Below, piece after piece: positions 1 to 12,900 of a DNA stretch of 64,000 nucleotides. Where the stretch lies: NCBI GenBank assembly GCA_905178155.1, contig CAJINV010000005.1, positions 9,025,957 to 9,089,956 on the forward strand. The letters are read 5' to 3'. The stretch is from Amoebophrya sp. A120. Taxonomy: Eukaryota; Protista; Dinoflagellata. The translations under genes and the position numbers were made by a program. The number at the start of each line of letters is the position of its first letter. The first letter of the stretch is position 1. The notes beneath the pieces were generated by a model. The model had not been told where the DNA came from, did no database searches, and worked only from the letters and a program-made list of their open reading frames with translations.

Positions 1-85
1 CGAGACTCAACACGAGTGGTCCCGTACTAAGTAGTGTCAAAATAAACCCCTAGCACAGAAACCACAACTTCTTCTCTGAGAAGCA

Positions 86-1666
86 TCAGTACAGCATGTT
101 TGATCGCGTCTGATGTGCGTTGTCAACACTACTGTCGTGAGACTGCTCCGACCGCATGGGGCCACCGCCCGGTGTGAGAAAATTCTCTATCAAATGTAAA
201 AATATCTGGGTCTGGAAGATCATGCAGATGTTACATGACACATGACGTCTGTAATGCATAACCTGGCATCACAGATTTTTAGTGGGCTTTCTGATGCCTA
301 TCTCGCATGAGGAATACCCTCTCCATGTAGCACAAAGTGGACCCCTCTTGCTGGTTATGCAATGCAGTTTTTTTTAGAATGCAGAGACAGCATCACAAGT
401 TGCAATCTTCCAGACCCAGACATATTTGCATTTGATATTTTCCGCAAACTCCCGGTCCTCATCCCGTTGCATGGGAAGTCCCACTATCAAATGCAAAAAT
501 GTCTGGGTCTGGAATGTTGCCGGGTTTGTCATGCATATTCTGCATGACCCAGGATGTCTGTAATGCACGACCTAGCATCACAGATTTTTGGCAGGCTTCC
601 TGATGCCTACCCCGCATGACAAATGCCCTCCCCGCGTAGCCCAAACTAGCCTCCTCCTGCTGGTCATGCAATACAGATTTTTTTAGAGTCGAAAGTTAGC
701 ATCACAAGTTCCAACCTTCCAGACCCGGACATAGTTGCAATGCATACCCACGCTGACCCCTCCGTCCAGGTTGTTGCCCGGCGTTCCGTAAAACTGGTCC
801 CGGGCGGACTGGCCGGTCTGCTATTACAATGAAAAATGCCCCCACCCCCGAACTTGGCAGCATTTGTATTGCAAACCTTGCCAAATGAAACATTCGCCCT
901 CTTGCATCTATCAGCATCACAGGTTTCCAATCGTAAACTATACACAAAAATTTGTATTGCAAAAGATCCCAGCAAGAGCGCCGCTTGTCATGCAAGCGAT
1001 GCGCTACACGCCTAGACTCTGCATCAGAAAGATAGACTCATACTCCTTTCATGCATGACAAAAAGGCTTCTTTTGGAACTTCGCATCACAAATTCTTGCA
1101 ACTTTGGGGGAGGGGGCGTTTTTCCTCTGAATATCTGCCCCAAATTATTCGTGTTTCCTCTTTGTTGCGCCGCGAAGAGGTTTTTCTGCTGATTGGCGTC
1201 AAGGTGGTGCTGGTTCATTCCCTGACCCGCGTTCTGCTGGTGCATGCCGGCTCCGGCCTGGCCCGCGGCGGCTTATCGCAACGAAAAATCCCCCCTCCCC
1301 ATATTGAAGAGGTATGTTCCCGAAAATTTGTCTTGCAAGAAGACAAAGGCAGAAGCTTCCGCCCCATTACGGAAGCGGTTTGTCATGCTGTTGGGCCTAA
1401 AGGGCAGCCGTTTGTAATGCTGAACAACTAGACGCCAACGCCCCTACCTAGTCTGGGGATCTGGCAGCAGTGCCATCCTGCAATACAAAGCTGATTTGTG
1501 TACACAAATCCAGCATCAGAAGTTCCGCTTTGATACGGGGAGGGGGGATTTTTCACTTTGATACGGCCCTGCCGGGCTCGTAAGCGTTCTCTCTCTCGTG
1601 GATCCGGCCATCTTGGTCCCATTTGGGATCGATCCAACATCTGTTAGTTGATTGTTGTCGTATCAT
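86..1666 (-). CDS. Hypothetical Q/N/G-rich protein, 5 exons separated by 4 TAT...ATA TIR introns
   Basis: Removing elements 1274-1563, 822-1133, 485-746 and 188-437, each with one TSD copy, gives one frame: MIRQQSTNRCWIDPKW...AGMHQQNAG...LGQTGQSARDQFYG...VGLPMQRDED...NFLTPGGG...NMLY-stop(86-88). The start is uncertain because a CTAACAG acceptor at 1641 is an alternative. Confidence 0.6.
188..437. mobile_element. TIR introner, family A
   Basis: TATCAAATGTAAAAATATCTGGGTCTGGAAG...CTTCCAGACCCAGACATATTTGCATTTGATA; TSD TTCTC/TTTTC. Confidence 0.9.
485..746. mobile_element. TIR introner, family A
   Basis: GTCTGGGTCTGGAA TIR; TSD CCCAC. Confidence 0.9.
822..1133. mobile_element. TIR introner, family B (AAAATCCCCCTCCCC-type TIR)
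   Basis: TAT...ATA; TSD TCTGC. Confidence 0.85.
1274..1563. mobile_element. TIR introner, family B
   Basis: TSD CGGCT/CGGCC. Confidence 0.85.
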
Positions 1667-1810
1667 GAAAAATAGCATCATGACAAACTTCCTTAGTCCT
1701 CAAAATCAATCTATGAAGTTGCGAAAACCTAAAATTTGAGTTGTACTTCCACCAACACAAGAACTATGCGCAGCACAACATTGATACTACTACAGAATAG
1801 TCATTCATCT

Positions 1811-3241
1811 CTACCTCGTCTCGTTGTATTTTACAGGTCCCAGATCCATCTCGTCTATCGTGGCCAGAGCGTGAAACTTAATAAAGTCCGACTCTTCCGT
1901 ATCCAAGAAAAAAACGCTGTAGGTGTAACTTTTTTGGAGGAACAGCATTGCAAATTTGTCTGGCATGACAGCAAAAACCTGTCATGCGCAGATAGTACGT
2001 GTTGAAAACGCCCTTTAATGGACCCTGCGATGCATGCCAAGCATGACAGACGCAATCATTTTGCATGTTGCGCATCACAAATTTACACTAATAACGTTTT
2101 TTTCTTCGATATTCCGTCCTCACGCCCACGAGCCGGCAGCACAGGAGGGAATTTTCGGCTATTTCGGACTGGTCTTCCTCGTGGATAAATTTTCGCGTCG
2201 CTGGTTCAAACTATCCTGACCAAAAACGTCCCCACACCAGAGTTGTCATGCAAATTTGCATGCCCAAATTATCTCTCATGCGCAGGCCCCACACGGAGCA
2301 TTTTCCCATGCTGTCTGGGCGGGCTTTGTCATGCTCTACTCAGGATGAGGGGCTAGATTTGTGCTGTAACTTTGCTAGCCAAGCACGACTATACTACAGA
2401 CACAAACTTGTCATGCGAAACAGCCAAACCCTGTGGATTTGTGTTGCAAAGTCCCCATCTTGACTCTACTGGGGTGGGGACATTTTTCCTCAGGATACAA
2501 ACTTGTACTTCTTCATCTGTTGACTGCTGATAAATATTCGCACCGGGCCGAAATCAGACAGGATGCCGACCTGTTGTAGTGGTCATTGTGTTATTGTCAG
2601 TTTATTTGGACCACAGGATCTCATGCTCATCTCTACCGGGAACAGCAGCAGCTTTTATTATTGTGCGCATGACAAAACGCGTTGTTTTTTTCCTCCTGTC
2701 CGTGTACGACGAACGGCAGCGCGCATGTCGACAAAGCTGCGACAACAACAAAACTGGAGCGGTTTCATTTTCATTTTTCTTCTGCCTGCTGCCTCCTGCT
2801 CCTGCATGAAAAAAACTTCTCAACTTTCTATTCTCGCATTTATTTTTCGATTTCCGCATGCGCATCCTGTCAAACCATGCTACTAGAAAGGATGTGTAGT
2901 ATCCTATCGAATTTATCATTCTCCAGGAACAAGTATTAGTAAGTACTTACCTCATGCAGCTTGGTCGCGCGGCAATAGACCACTTCGTCCTTGAATGGGC
3001 GGCAACATATGGAGGAAAATGCGACCCGGGCCAGCGCCAGACAGGTTCCGTCCTGAACCACCGGGTTTTCCAACAGCCGCACCGATTCCGTGTCGACGGC
3101 GATACAGTAATGCCCATCGTCCACGTCAATTTTGTTTTCGTACAGCTTCACGACGCGCTCGCGGAGGGAGAAGAGGAAGTTTGGGCCCAGGTCCTCCGGG
3201 GGGATTTCCACCCACTTCCACTGCTGCATCTCCCCGAACAT
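1811..3241 (-). CDS. RPB7: RNA polymerase II subunit RPB7, 4 exons
   Basis: Exon 1 MFGEMQQWKWVEIPPEDLGP...RPFKDEVV; GT-AG intron 2950-2571; exon 2 VGILSDFGPVRIFISS; after removing TIR elements 2212-2497 and 1900-2111 it continues ...CRLVGVRTEESDFIKFHALATIDEMDLGPV...stop. Motifs are collinear with RPB7 (RPFKxEV, GPxxxFIS, RxVGxR, terminal DxLG). Confidence 0.88.
1900..2111. mobile_element. TIR introner, family D (TATCCAAGAAAAAAAC-type TIR), in RPB7
   Basis: TSD TTCCG; removal restores the RPB7 frame. Confidence 0.9.
2212..2497. mobile_element. TIR introner, family C (TATCCTGA..AAAAACGTCCCCAC TIR), in RPB7
   Basis: TSD CAAAC; removal restores the RPB7 frame. Confidence 0.9.
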
Positions 3242-4874
3242 GGTGATAGAGGTATATAATCTTTTGCGCGCTCAACTGTTCTTGACTCGTCGTTCAAATC
3301 TTGTACCAGTTCCGCTTCTACAACTCCTCAAACAAGCGACACATGATTATAATCGGTTGTTGTATAATGGCGGGTTATCTTCACTATCTTGACATCAGTG
3401 GTCTCTACTTCTAGAATGAAACTTTTCTATCACCATGAAAATCTTCACTGCGGTGCTACATCCGAAGATGCTAGTATGATGTCGCTTAATTTTCTTATTC
3501 TTGCCTCCCTGGTACTCTCGCTAGTACTTCTCTCCGTCCGGCATTGACGCTGTGCCACAAATGGATTCAAATCGCAGATTTCATCAGTTCTTCGGTTGTT
3601 GTAAAAACTACACACTGTCAGCACTCGTGGTCGTCGTGTGTGTCATTAGAGCTTGACAAACAAGAAGGATGTATGATTTCAACATCCATGCTTCGTCGAC
3701 GTGGAACGGAGCTTTCTGCGTGCCAGGAACAAGAACTACTTTGTAAAGGAATACTAAATGTGACCCACTTTTTGTCAGATCAGCTTGTTTAGGTGTTCTC
3801 ATCTCAGCTCCTTCGAGCAACCCGTGGTCAGTAGTGATCGTCACACAGCAGGCAAGAAAAGAGAAGTAGATCCTTTTTCTGGTCATGCCGTGATCGTCTT
3901 CGGGTTGTACAACGCGGTCGTCATTTTAGGTTATTTTTTGTCCTTCTTCGAGGATACGAAGCTGGTACAAAAGAGTGAAGATCTTCTAACTACTCGAAAT
4001 CGTGACTGCACCTGCTCAGACCACATTAGCTGCACTCACTCTACAACAACTCTCGGCATATAATTTCTGGGTCCGGGTCGGGCTATGAATAGCGACCTTG
4101 GTGGTCGTTTGATTATGATTACAGTAACAATTCGGTGCTGAACAAGAAGAGGAACGGAAGCGGATTTGATCTTTATCCCCGGGGATATATTTTTTTCAAC
4201 TCCGTCCGGGACTGCAGATCGCATTTAACAAAAAGCACAGAGAGGCAGATGTCTTGTTCGTTATTCTCTCTCAACTAAAACCGTTTCGTATCTATTCTGC
4301 GCGAGACGAGTTGTGCCTCGCCAAAAGCACGCTATTTTCAGCACATCTTGCTGAATGAGAATGAATATGAAAAACGCTAGAACTGCAATCATTTCGTAAC
4401 CTGATCTTTTCGTTTTCTCTCGTCAATTAACATGGACCTGTAATGTAATACTGGAATTCCCAACATCAGCACAACCCCTAGAAGGCTTTGACTGCTATTC
4501 CATCCGCCAACCGCATGACAAACTCCTTCACGACTAGCCACCGCTCTGGTTTATCTCCTCCATTTTCTTCTCCAGCAATGCGAGGAGGTGGTCTGGGGGA
4601 GAAAAATGATTCACATCTTCACTGTGTGATTATTTTATGCATGACAGATTGCGACGCTATGATTCTTCATGCATCACAGATTCCGCCAGTGCTGCACTAA
4701 GTTGTTCTCGTCAAGCACAACTTTGGAGGCACAGAAGCCTGTTATGCTCCAACACAAGAAGAACTCGTTAATTATATGCAAAACATCCAACTACCTAGTA
4801 CCCTGCTGATTTGTACTGTCTTCAGCGTGCGAAAAATCAAATCGGAGTGAGCTAGATCATTTTCTCAACCATCA

Positions 4875-7800
4875 TAACTCGGGATTTCGGAACAGCAAAT
4901 CAATGACCGACCGCTTGTCGTAGGAAGTGAAGTCGGATAGGTATCACGTTGTGGAGAAATTTCTTTTCGTGGAACTTGTCATGCGTCTTTGCATGATAGT
5001 TGAGGTGATTTTTATCTTTTCTTTCTGTTCGGAAAATTGCATGACAAACAATACCAGGCAAGCACACTCTGCATGACAAGCTCCACAGCTCTAAATCGAA
5101 TGATTTTCTTTGTGGATAGAAACTCGATATCGTGGACGGTGGCGGGTCGCATCGTTTTTGAAGATCGAGTATGGAAAGAAAAAAGTCTGTGAATTTGTCA
5201 TGCGAATAACGCCATACCCTTGTCAGGCCTGCACTGCTCGTCGCGCATGACAAACAAAGCCAATTCCTTTCCTTCTCATACACCGTTCTCCGATTCGCGA
5301 CCTCCTCCTTTGCTTCGTCGATACCTTTGATTTTTTTTTGTGAATTCCGCATTACAAATCCACCTTTTCTTCGGGACTTATTTATATTTTTGTGAATCCC
5401 GGATTACAAATATCCTCGTTCTACTTAGTACAACGAGGTTCATCTTGTCCTGTAACTGTCGTGCGTGTACTAGTTCCGCAAATCAGAAGTCGAAAACTTT
5501 CATCTATTCTGCATATCAAAATGATCGCTGTTGACCAACAATCTGAATCAACACTCTGTATACAGTGCACGAAGTATTCCTCTAAAACTTTTGGTGCGGG
5601 TGTGTATCCAAGAAAAAAACACCATCACGATCACACTTAGGAGGTTTTGCATCAGAAATTTGTCTCGCATGACAAATTTTTCTTGTGTTGCAAAAACACA
5701 AAGGGAAATCGCCTATAGCGCTTGACTGTGATGCATTTCTGCGCATGACAAAAGTTTTTGCATTGCAAAAATGTGCAAAAGTGATTGTGATGGTGTTTTT
5801 TTTTTGCATAGTGTGTTCGCCAGTGTTATCTCCAATTTTTGCACTTTTCGCTTCTCCGCTTGGACTAGCTGTATCCTGAGCAAAAACGTCCTCACACCAT
5901 GGTCAAGATGGAGAACCTACTAGACAAATCAGCTAGCTTTGGGCGTTGCCCATGACGAGTTTGGCCTCGTAATGTAGTCTTGTTTAGCTAGTTCAGCAGC
6001 ATCACAGACGTAGCCTATTATGCTGATTGGAGCATCACAAATTTCAAATCACGCTCAGAAAATGCTTCTCATGGGACTACACATGAGAAACGTTTTCAGC
6101 ATGCAGATTTGCATGACAACTATGGGGGGGACGTTTTTAAATAGGATAAGCTGCGTCAAATTCTTGATGGTCTTGCGATACCTTTTGGTTTTTGATGTAG
6201 ACAAAGACGTGCGATCGTCGGAGGGGATGCATGATAGGTCAAACAAGTTCTCAACAACAGCCGTCTATGCAAAATCTCCCATTTACCTCTCCACCATCTT
6301 TTCAGGCATGTTGCTGTGGAGTGGCATTCCCTGCTCCTCTATGGATTGCAAATATGTCTGGGTCTGGAAGGATGCGAACCCGTAATGCTGGTCTTGCACT
6401 CCTGTGAAATCTGTGTTGCATGACCAACAAAAGTGGCAGCCTCGCACGTGGTTATACAAAACGACAACTTCTCATGATGCGGAGTTCGTATGATAAAGCG
6501 CTGTGCAGACTTGTCATGCTTTCCTGCATGATCAGGAAGTGTTTTCATCATGCACATTTTAGCATCACAAATTTCCAGACCCAGACACTTTTGCATTTGA
6601 TATCGTCATATTCTTCTTCCCCCTCCTTCTCTTCGCCAACACCTGCCCCGCCCTGCTCGAGGTTTTATGCATTTTTGCAAAATTTTGATCGCAGTATCTT
6701 AATCTTATCGGTTGCCTTCAACTTGATCTATGAACTGCATTACGAGTTTTGGCAAGGAAAAACAGGCTTGTCCTAAGTAGTTGTCAGTGCCCTCAAGGGA
6801 AGACGACCTTGTGCAAATCCAGAAGGAGAATTCACTAAATCGAAGGGCAAACTAGCATTTTGCAAGTCCTAGATTCTCTAACGCCGCCATCTCCGCTTCC
6901 ATTCCGTTCCCTTCCGCCCCAAGTGTGCCCTGCTCAAATGTTACAATCTCAAGCGTTGCAATAGAATTTGGAAATCTGTGATGCAAGAAGTGCATGATCC
7001 AGCCAAGTCTCATAGGACTGAGCATGACAAGTTCCCGAGTCCCAAACCGCATTACAATCTGCCAAAATTTGCGTTGCAGAAAGTGGAATGGTCTGCGAGT
7101 CTGTCGTGCTCATTATGCAAGACGAAATCCAGATTCTATTGCAACGTTTGAGATTGTAACGTTTGAGCAGGTCATACCCAGGTTCCCCAGCATCTGGCTC
7201 CCGCTGGCGCCGCTCAAATCCTGACTGGTTGAGGTGTTGTTTCCCGCCCCGGCCGCCGACGCTGCCAGCGCTTCGTAGGCGTGCTGCTGCGCTCGCTCCA
7301 CGGAAAGCCGGAGCGACCGGTTTTGTGCCTTGGATTTTTTGATCTGGTCCTCGAGGAAGGATCGGTCGTCATCCAGTTGGTCAGCTAGTCGTTTCCATTT
7401 CTCCAGTTCCGTGAGGTATTTTTTGCACAGCTCGTCTAACCGCAGCGCTTCCTTCATAAACCACCTGATAGCTTCTTTGTTGTTGGACAAGGACAGCCAC
7501 AGCCTAGTAAACCAAAACATAGAATGTCGCTCATTTCAGAAGTTCTTTCACCTGATCTGAAAAAAAACCTGCCTGTGCAAAAAAGAACAAGAAAATTCTT
7601 CCAAGTATGTAAGTACCTCAGCTCCTTTTCCAGACTCTGTATTTTCGCTTGCCTTCTCGATTTCGTCTCGTGCTCATCCGCTTTCAATTTCAGGGAGTCG
7701 AACTCTTTCTGCACTGATATCATATCCACAGTAAATTCCCTGTACACGTACAAATGCATGACAAAACTTGCCTTCAATCCTAGTGTAGCGTGACAAGTTG

Positions 7801-8463
7801 GACACTGCAAGTTAGCGAAATTTGTCATGCATTTTGTACGTGTACAGGAAATTTCCATTGCATATATCATGTGCGTCTTGTACGCCAGGAAAAAATCCCG
7901 CTCGTGCGCTATTGTGAGGAAAAAAGTCCCCACCCCCGCAGTTCAAGAACAGATGGGAACTTTGCATCACAAACCTAGACGTTTTGGGAGTCAGGCATGA
8001 CAAGTTGCGGTCCGTAGTGTACTCAGTGCAGGCTAGCAAGGACAGCCGCATCAGAAATCCATCTGCTTGTCCTGTTGAGAGCATTACAAATGCCAAAACA
8101 CGATTAGAAACAATAACAAATGCCTCTCATGGGGATGCGCACTACAAATGTTCCTGTAGATGCAAACCCGCATGACAACTTTGGGGTGAGGACGCTTTTA
8201 CTCAGAATATGCGCTTCCAGCAGTGCGCCGACCCGGTCATCGAGTGTGTCGGCGAGTTTCTGCAGCTCCGTATGGACGTTTAGAATCTTGCCTCCCGCGT
8301 TGTTCGGGAGAGAGTCTAACAGCTCTTCCCTTGCTTTCGCTTTATTTACCGCTTTGGGGTCGAGGCGGAGGGCGGTCAGGAAAGTTTCATTCGGGTTGTT
8401 TTTCAGCAACGCAGTGACAGAAGCTGCGTCCGGCAGCGGCGCCAGGGCGAAGTTGTCGGACAT
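4875..8463 (-). CDS. Coiled-coil hypothetical protein (multi-exon; 3' end uncertain)
   Basis: Exons such as MSDNFAL...LLEAH|ERDFFLAYKTHM|...EFDSLKLKADEHE...LEKEL|RWFMKEALRLDE...; DFTSYDKRSVIDLLF near 4890-4935; interrupted by TIR elements and GT-AG introns. Confidence 0.6.
5605..5810. mobile_element. TIR introner, family D-like
   Basis: AAAAAAACACCATCAC/GTGATGGTGTTTTTTT; TSD GTGTG. Confidence 0.88.
5872..6148. mobile_element. TIR introner, family C
   Basis: TSD AGCTG. Confidence 0.88.
6340..6602. mobile_element. TIR introner, family A
   Basis: TSD TCCTC/TCGTC; reverse-complement homolog of 48442-48703. Confidence 0.88.
6924..7176. mobile_element. TIR introner, family E (GCTCA..TGTTACAATCTCAAACGTT long TIR)
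   Basis: about 50-bp TIR; TSD CCAAG/CCCAG; left end TGT. Confidence 0.82.
7723..7864. mobile_element. TIR introner, family F (short)
   Basis: CCTGTACACGTACAAATGCATGACAAA inverted; TSD TATCA. Confidence 0.85.
7910..8209. mobile_element. TIR introner, family C
   Basis: TSD TGCGC. Confidence 0.88.
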
Positions 8464-8470
8464 GATTGCA

Positions 8471-8729
8471 TATCAAGTGCAAAAATGTCTGGGTCTGCAA
8501 GATTTATAGATTTGTCATGCTTGTCTAGCATAACCAAAAAGTTTGTGATGCGTGTCCAAGGAGAGATCCTCTTGCCTGTCATGCAAAAACGCAGTTTGTC
8601 ATGCGAAAAACGCAACGCAAAGAAGCGCAGATATTTATTCTCATTCTTGCCTGTGCATTACAGGACATTCACTATTCCCAGCAACGTAGCATTACAAGTT
8701 TCCAGACCCAGACATTTTTGCAGTTGGTA
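8471..8729. mobile_element. TIR introner, family A (probably in a 5' UTR)
   Basis: TSD TTGCA; right end GTA. Confidence 0.85.
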
Positions 8730-9900
8730 TTGCAACTTCGTAACCCGATGCTGCGCGACTCGTTCTCAGGATGAAATCTTATGGTGATTTTTGCGGTATT
8801 TTCCACCGCCCCAGGCGTCGCTCACCGTTCGACCCCTGCGGACATGATTTGATCAACCGAAATGCTTTCTTGTCAAACTGGCGCTTGCTCTTGTTTCAGA
8901 AGTACTTATTCTCGTCTTATGCAGCGCCGCATATTAAGCTCGGACTACGGCGGCACAGATGAAAACCAGAACACGTCGTCCTCTGCTGCGCAAGCACAGT
9001 CTGCTCCGTTTGCGCTCTCCCTCTGTCTCCTCAGCGTGGAGGTCTCTCGTTAGAATAATACAGTTCTGATTGACACGAATAGTTGTACACTCAACTTCTA
9101 AAACTTGTGCTCCACCTGGGCACGTTGCTCTCGGGATATGAACCACTCCTACTCTTGTGGTGTTGCTTCGGACGGCATGCTGGTAGGCCTCCGTACTTCT
9201 TCCAACTTCGTGGTGCAACTGTGACCTCGAGATGCAACTTCTGCGCCTCAGAGTAGAATAAAACGGCCTACATGTCCCAAACGCGACAGGGCAGAGAAGC
9301 CTGTAGGTGATGTGCCAAGGCTTCAAAAGCAACAAAAGCTGTGCTGATTTCGATCCTTTATCTTTGTTCATGGTTGAGTGTCCAAGTCGAATTGTTTCTG
9401 CCCAAGATTTTTCTTTTATAAACTTTCCTATGTAGTACTACTCTTCAAGGTGATACTGAAACTTTTGGCATTTTTCAACGAGAATTATGCAGCTGCCAAT
9501 CAAACTCATCAAAAGCGCGAACATTGGGTATGTAACTAACACTTCGTATGGAAATCTCAAAAACAAAACTTTCAGTCGTTTATGTACACATCGTTCACTT
9601 TTACTCAACAAGCTGTAGTTCTTTTCAACTTCTACTTTAACCATGTCGGAGGAGCGCCGTGGCTCCATTGCATTTCGATGCTGACAATGTTGTACTCATA
9701 ATTTTTCTCACAATACAGTTACAGATAGTTACTGTCAGTGTTCCATGCAAATAAACTTCTGCTGTGTAGATCTTCTTTTCTTCTTTACGTAAAAAGCAGT
9801 ACTAACCCCCGTCGGGTGGTCGGCTGGACCTCGACGTGGTGCCGAGTCTGCATGACAAGTTTTTAACAACAGAAGCCCCGCCGTCGAGTGTAAGTACTTC

Positions 9901-12900
9901 TTAATCCACCCCGTTCTCGTTGCGGCTGCTGTTGGTCGAGCTCCGCTGCTCAGAGGAGAGCAAGAAGCTCAAACTTGTTGGTATGCCTTGCTCAGATGTT
10001 ACTATCTCAAACGTTGCAGTAGAATATGGCCATCTGTGATGCAAGAAGTGCATGATCTAGCCTACTCCCATAGGACTGCGCATGACACGTTCCGGCGTGG
10101 TCCCAAACCGCGCTACACAACTCTGGCGACATTTGTATTGCACAAAGTCGAACACTTTGCGAGTCTGTCATGCTCATTATGCAAGACAGATTCCAGATTC
10201 TAGTGTAACGTTTGAGATTGTAACACCTGAGCGGGTTATAGTCGGCGCCGCGGTGGTCTGGGTCGGGTTATTGTTCATACCAGCATCGTTCTTGAACATG
10301 GACACCGGCGCGTTGGGATTCATCGCGACAAAACCTGGCTGGTACTGCTGCTGTAACTGTTGAAATTGCTGGTGCTGCATCACGCTCGGTGACTGTGGTT
10401 GCGAGTACCTGGGATGAATTAGTTCGCGCAATCGGTTTGACCGACAAGCAGTAACTTCTCCTACCTCGTCCACGCAGCGAGCAAGAGAGCAGTGAACAAC
10501 ATGAGACGAGGGTTGATGTACTTGCTACGCATCATGCCCCGCATCACACGACCAGAAAGGAAGCAGTAAACAGCTTCTTAGGTATGAGTAACTACTTAAC
10601 TACCCGACGGCCTGCTGGGCGGACGAAGAAGCACCCATCATCGGTTGCTGCAAAAACATCGCGTGCTGCTGGTTGTTTCCAGCTGTCCCCGTTACCGGCG
10701 ACTCCACCACAAATCCCGGATTCCTCTGCCGGGTGGGGGTCGTGCCGGCGTTGTTGATCGGTTGCTGTAGCTGCATGTTGGTCGGTTGTGGCATTAGTTG
10801 CTGGTGCTGCGAGTGCTGCATTAAAACGCCGCCCGGATTAGAAGAAGTGTTCATCATGTGCACCATCGCAGCAGGATTACTGTTCATCCCATGAAGTTGT
10901 CCATTCACGCTCGCGGATACGAACTGCTTCTCCAGCCCCTCCATCTGCGCGCCCAACCGGGTCTCCACCTCCGTCAGCTTCGCGGTGAGTTGCAACAGTT
11001 TGCTATCCCCCTTCTCCTGCTTGGTGCCCTGTTTCTTGCTGCTATCTTCAAATTTGGTTTCTATCCTGATTAAAAACGTCCCCACACCAGAGTCAAGATG
11101 GGGATTTTGCAACACAAACCTAGGGGCTTTGGGAGTCACGCATGACAAGTTTCAGTCCGTAAGGTAGTGCAAGTTAGCAAGGAAAGCCGCATCACAAATC
11201 GATCTGCTGGTCCTGTTTACAGCATTACAAGTTCCCAAACATGATTGAAAATGTCTGTCATGGGGTTGCGCATCACAAATGTTCCTGTCATGGCAAATCT
11301 GCATGACAACTCTGGTGTGGGGACGTTTTTACACAGGATAGTTTCCAGTTCCGTGTTTGTCTTTTCGATTTTCTCAAAAATCTCTAGAAGTGCACAAATC
11401 CCCCTCCCCCTCATTTGTATGGCATGAACAGCAATACAAACACCAGCGCACATGGAGCCTATGCATGACAAATCGGAATCTAAGTACTTACCTTATGTAG
11501 TCCTGATTGGGCTCCCGGAATTTGTCATGCATAACAGTGTTACAAGGGAACAACTGGCTTTGGGATTTTGCATGAGAAATGAGAACGAGGGGGAGTTGTG
11601 CACTGTCATAAAATCTGCTCGGAAAATTTTCCAAACACCTCCGGGATGACGTTCATTTCCAGTTTTTCGCACTTCGCGGCCAGAGACTGGATATGCATTG
11701 CAACAGCATCGTAGCCTAATGAAAACTGCAATACAACTTGGCAGCTCAGCATACGAATTTGTAACGCGGATTTACGTTAACAACTAGATTTGTGATGCAA
11801 AACTACAATTAGCAGTTTTTTAGTACGATGCTTTTGTAACGCATACTGTAGTTTGTCAGACAGTTCCTGCTCCTTGAAGAGCCGCAGTTGGTCGTCGACA
11901 AATTTTCGCACCTTGGTGTTATCAAATGCGAAAATGTCTGGGTCTGGAAGACTGCGAGATTTGTCATGCTTGTCTGGCATGACCACGAAGTTTGTGATGC
12001 GTGTCCAAGAAGAGACGCCCTTGCCTGTCATGCAAATAAAACGCAGCTTGTCATGCGAAAAACGCAACACAAAGAAGCGCAGATATTTCTCATGCTTGGC
12101 TGTGCATTACAGAGCATTCACTACTCTCAACGCAGCATTACAAGTTTCCAGACCCAGATCGATATTTGCATTTGATAAGTGTTCATTTCTTGTAAGTTGC
12201 TGTTCAAGTGGGCGATATCCTGGGAAACCGCGATCTCGACCGCTTTTTCCGTGGAAGATTGCCGCTTTTCCATCTGTTTCACCTTGTTCAGGAATTGTTG
12301 TTCCAATTTTGAATCGATCGCTTCGAGTTTCAAACCTTGTTCCTTGCTCGCCTTTTCCAAATTTCGCATATTACAGTGAAACATGCCCCCTCCCCATATC
12401 AAAACGCAAATCTGTGATGCAGATTTGTGGTCACAAATCAGCTTTGTGATGCTGGAAGGCAAAAGATGCGGACTGTAGTGCTGCCTAGCGTGGGGAAGCC
12501 TTGCAGCTCCAGGATGACAGGAGGCAACTGGAAGTGGAAAAAAGCATGACAGATTGCCTGCAATTTGGGGCGCAGCTTCGTCTCTTGGCCTTCTAGCAAT
12601 ACAAGTCGATTTGTGTACTCAAATACAGCATCACAAATTCCGTTTCCGATATGGGGTGGACGCTTTTTTCACTTTGATATCGCAGGTCGTGCTTCTCCAC
12701 TTGCTGGATGGAGTTCTGCAGTTTCTTCACGTTCTGATTCAGGGAATTGCTCAAGTCCGTTTGGTATGCATTGCAAATATGTCTGGGTCTGGAAAAATGC
12801 TAGGTTTGTCATGCCGTGCTAGCAGGACTGTCAAGTCTGTTATGCAAGGTACCCAAAACTGCCACTTTTGTGCCAACATGCAAAAACCAAGTTTCTGATG

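Noticed and set aside
8934-9668. ORFs of 145 and 76 aa between the two coiled-coil genes
   Set aside because: No recognisable motif or codon pattern; may be UTR or intergenic
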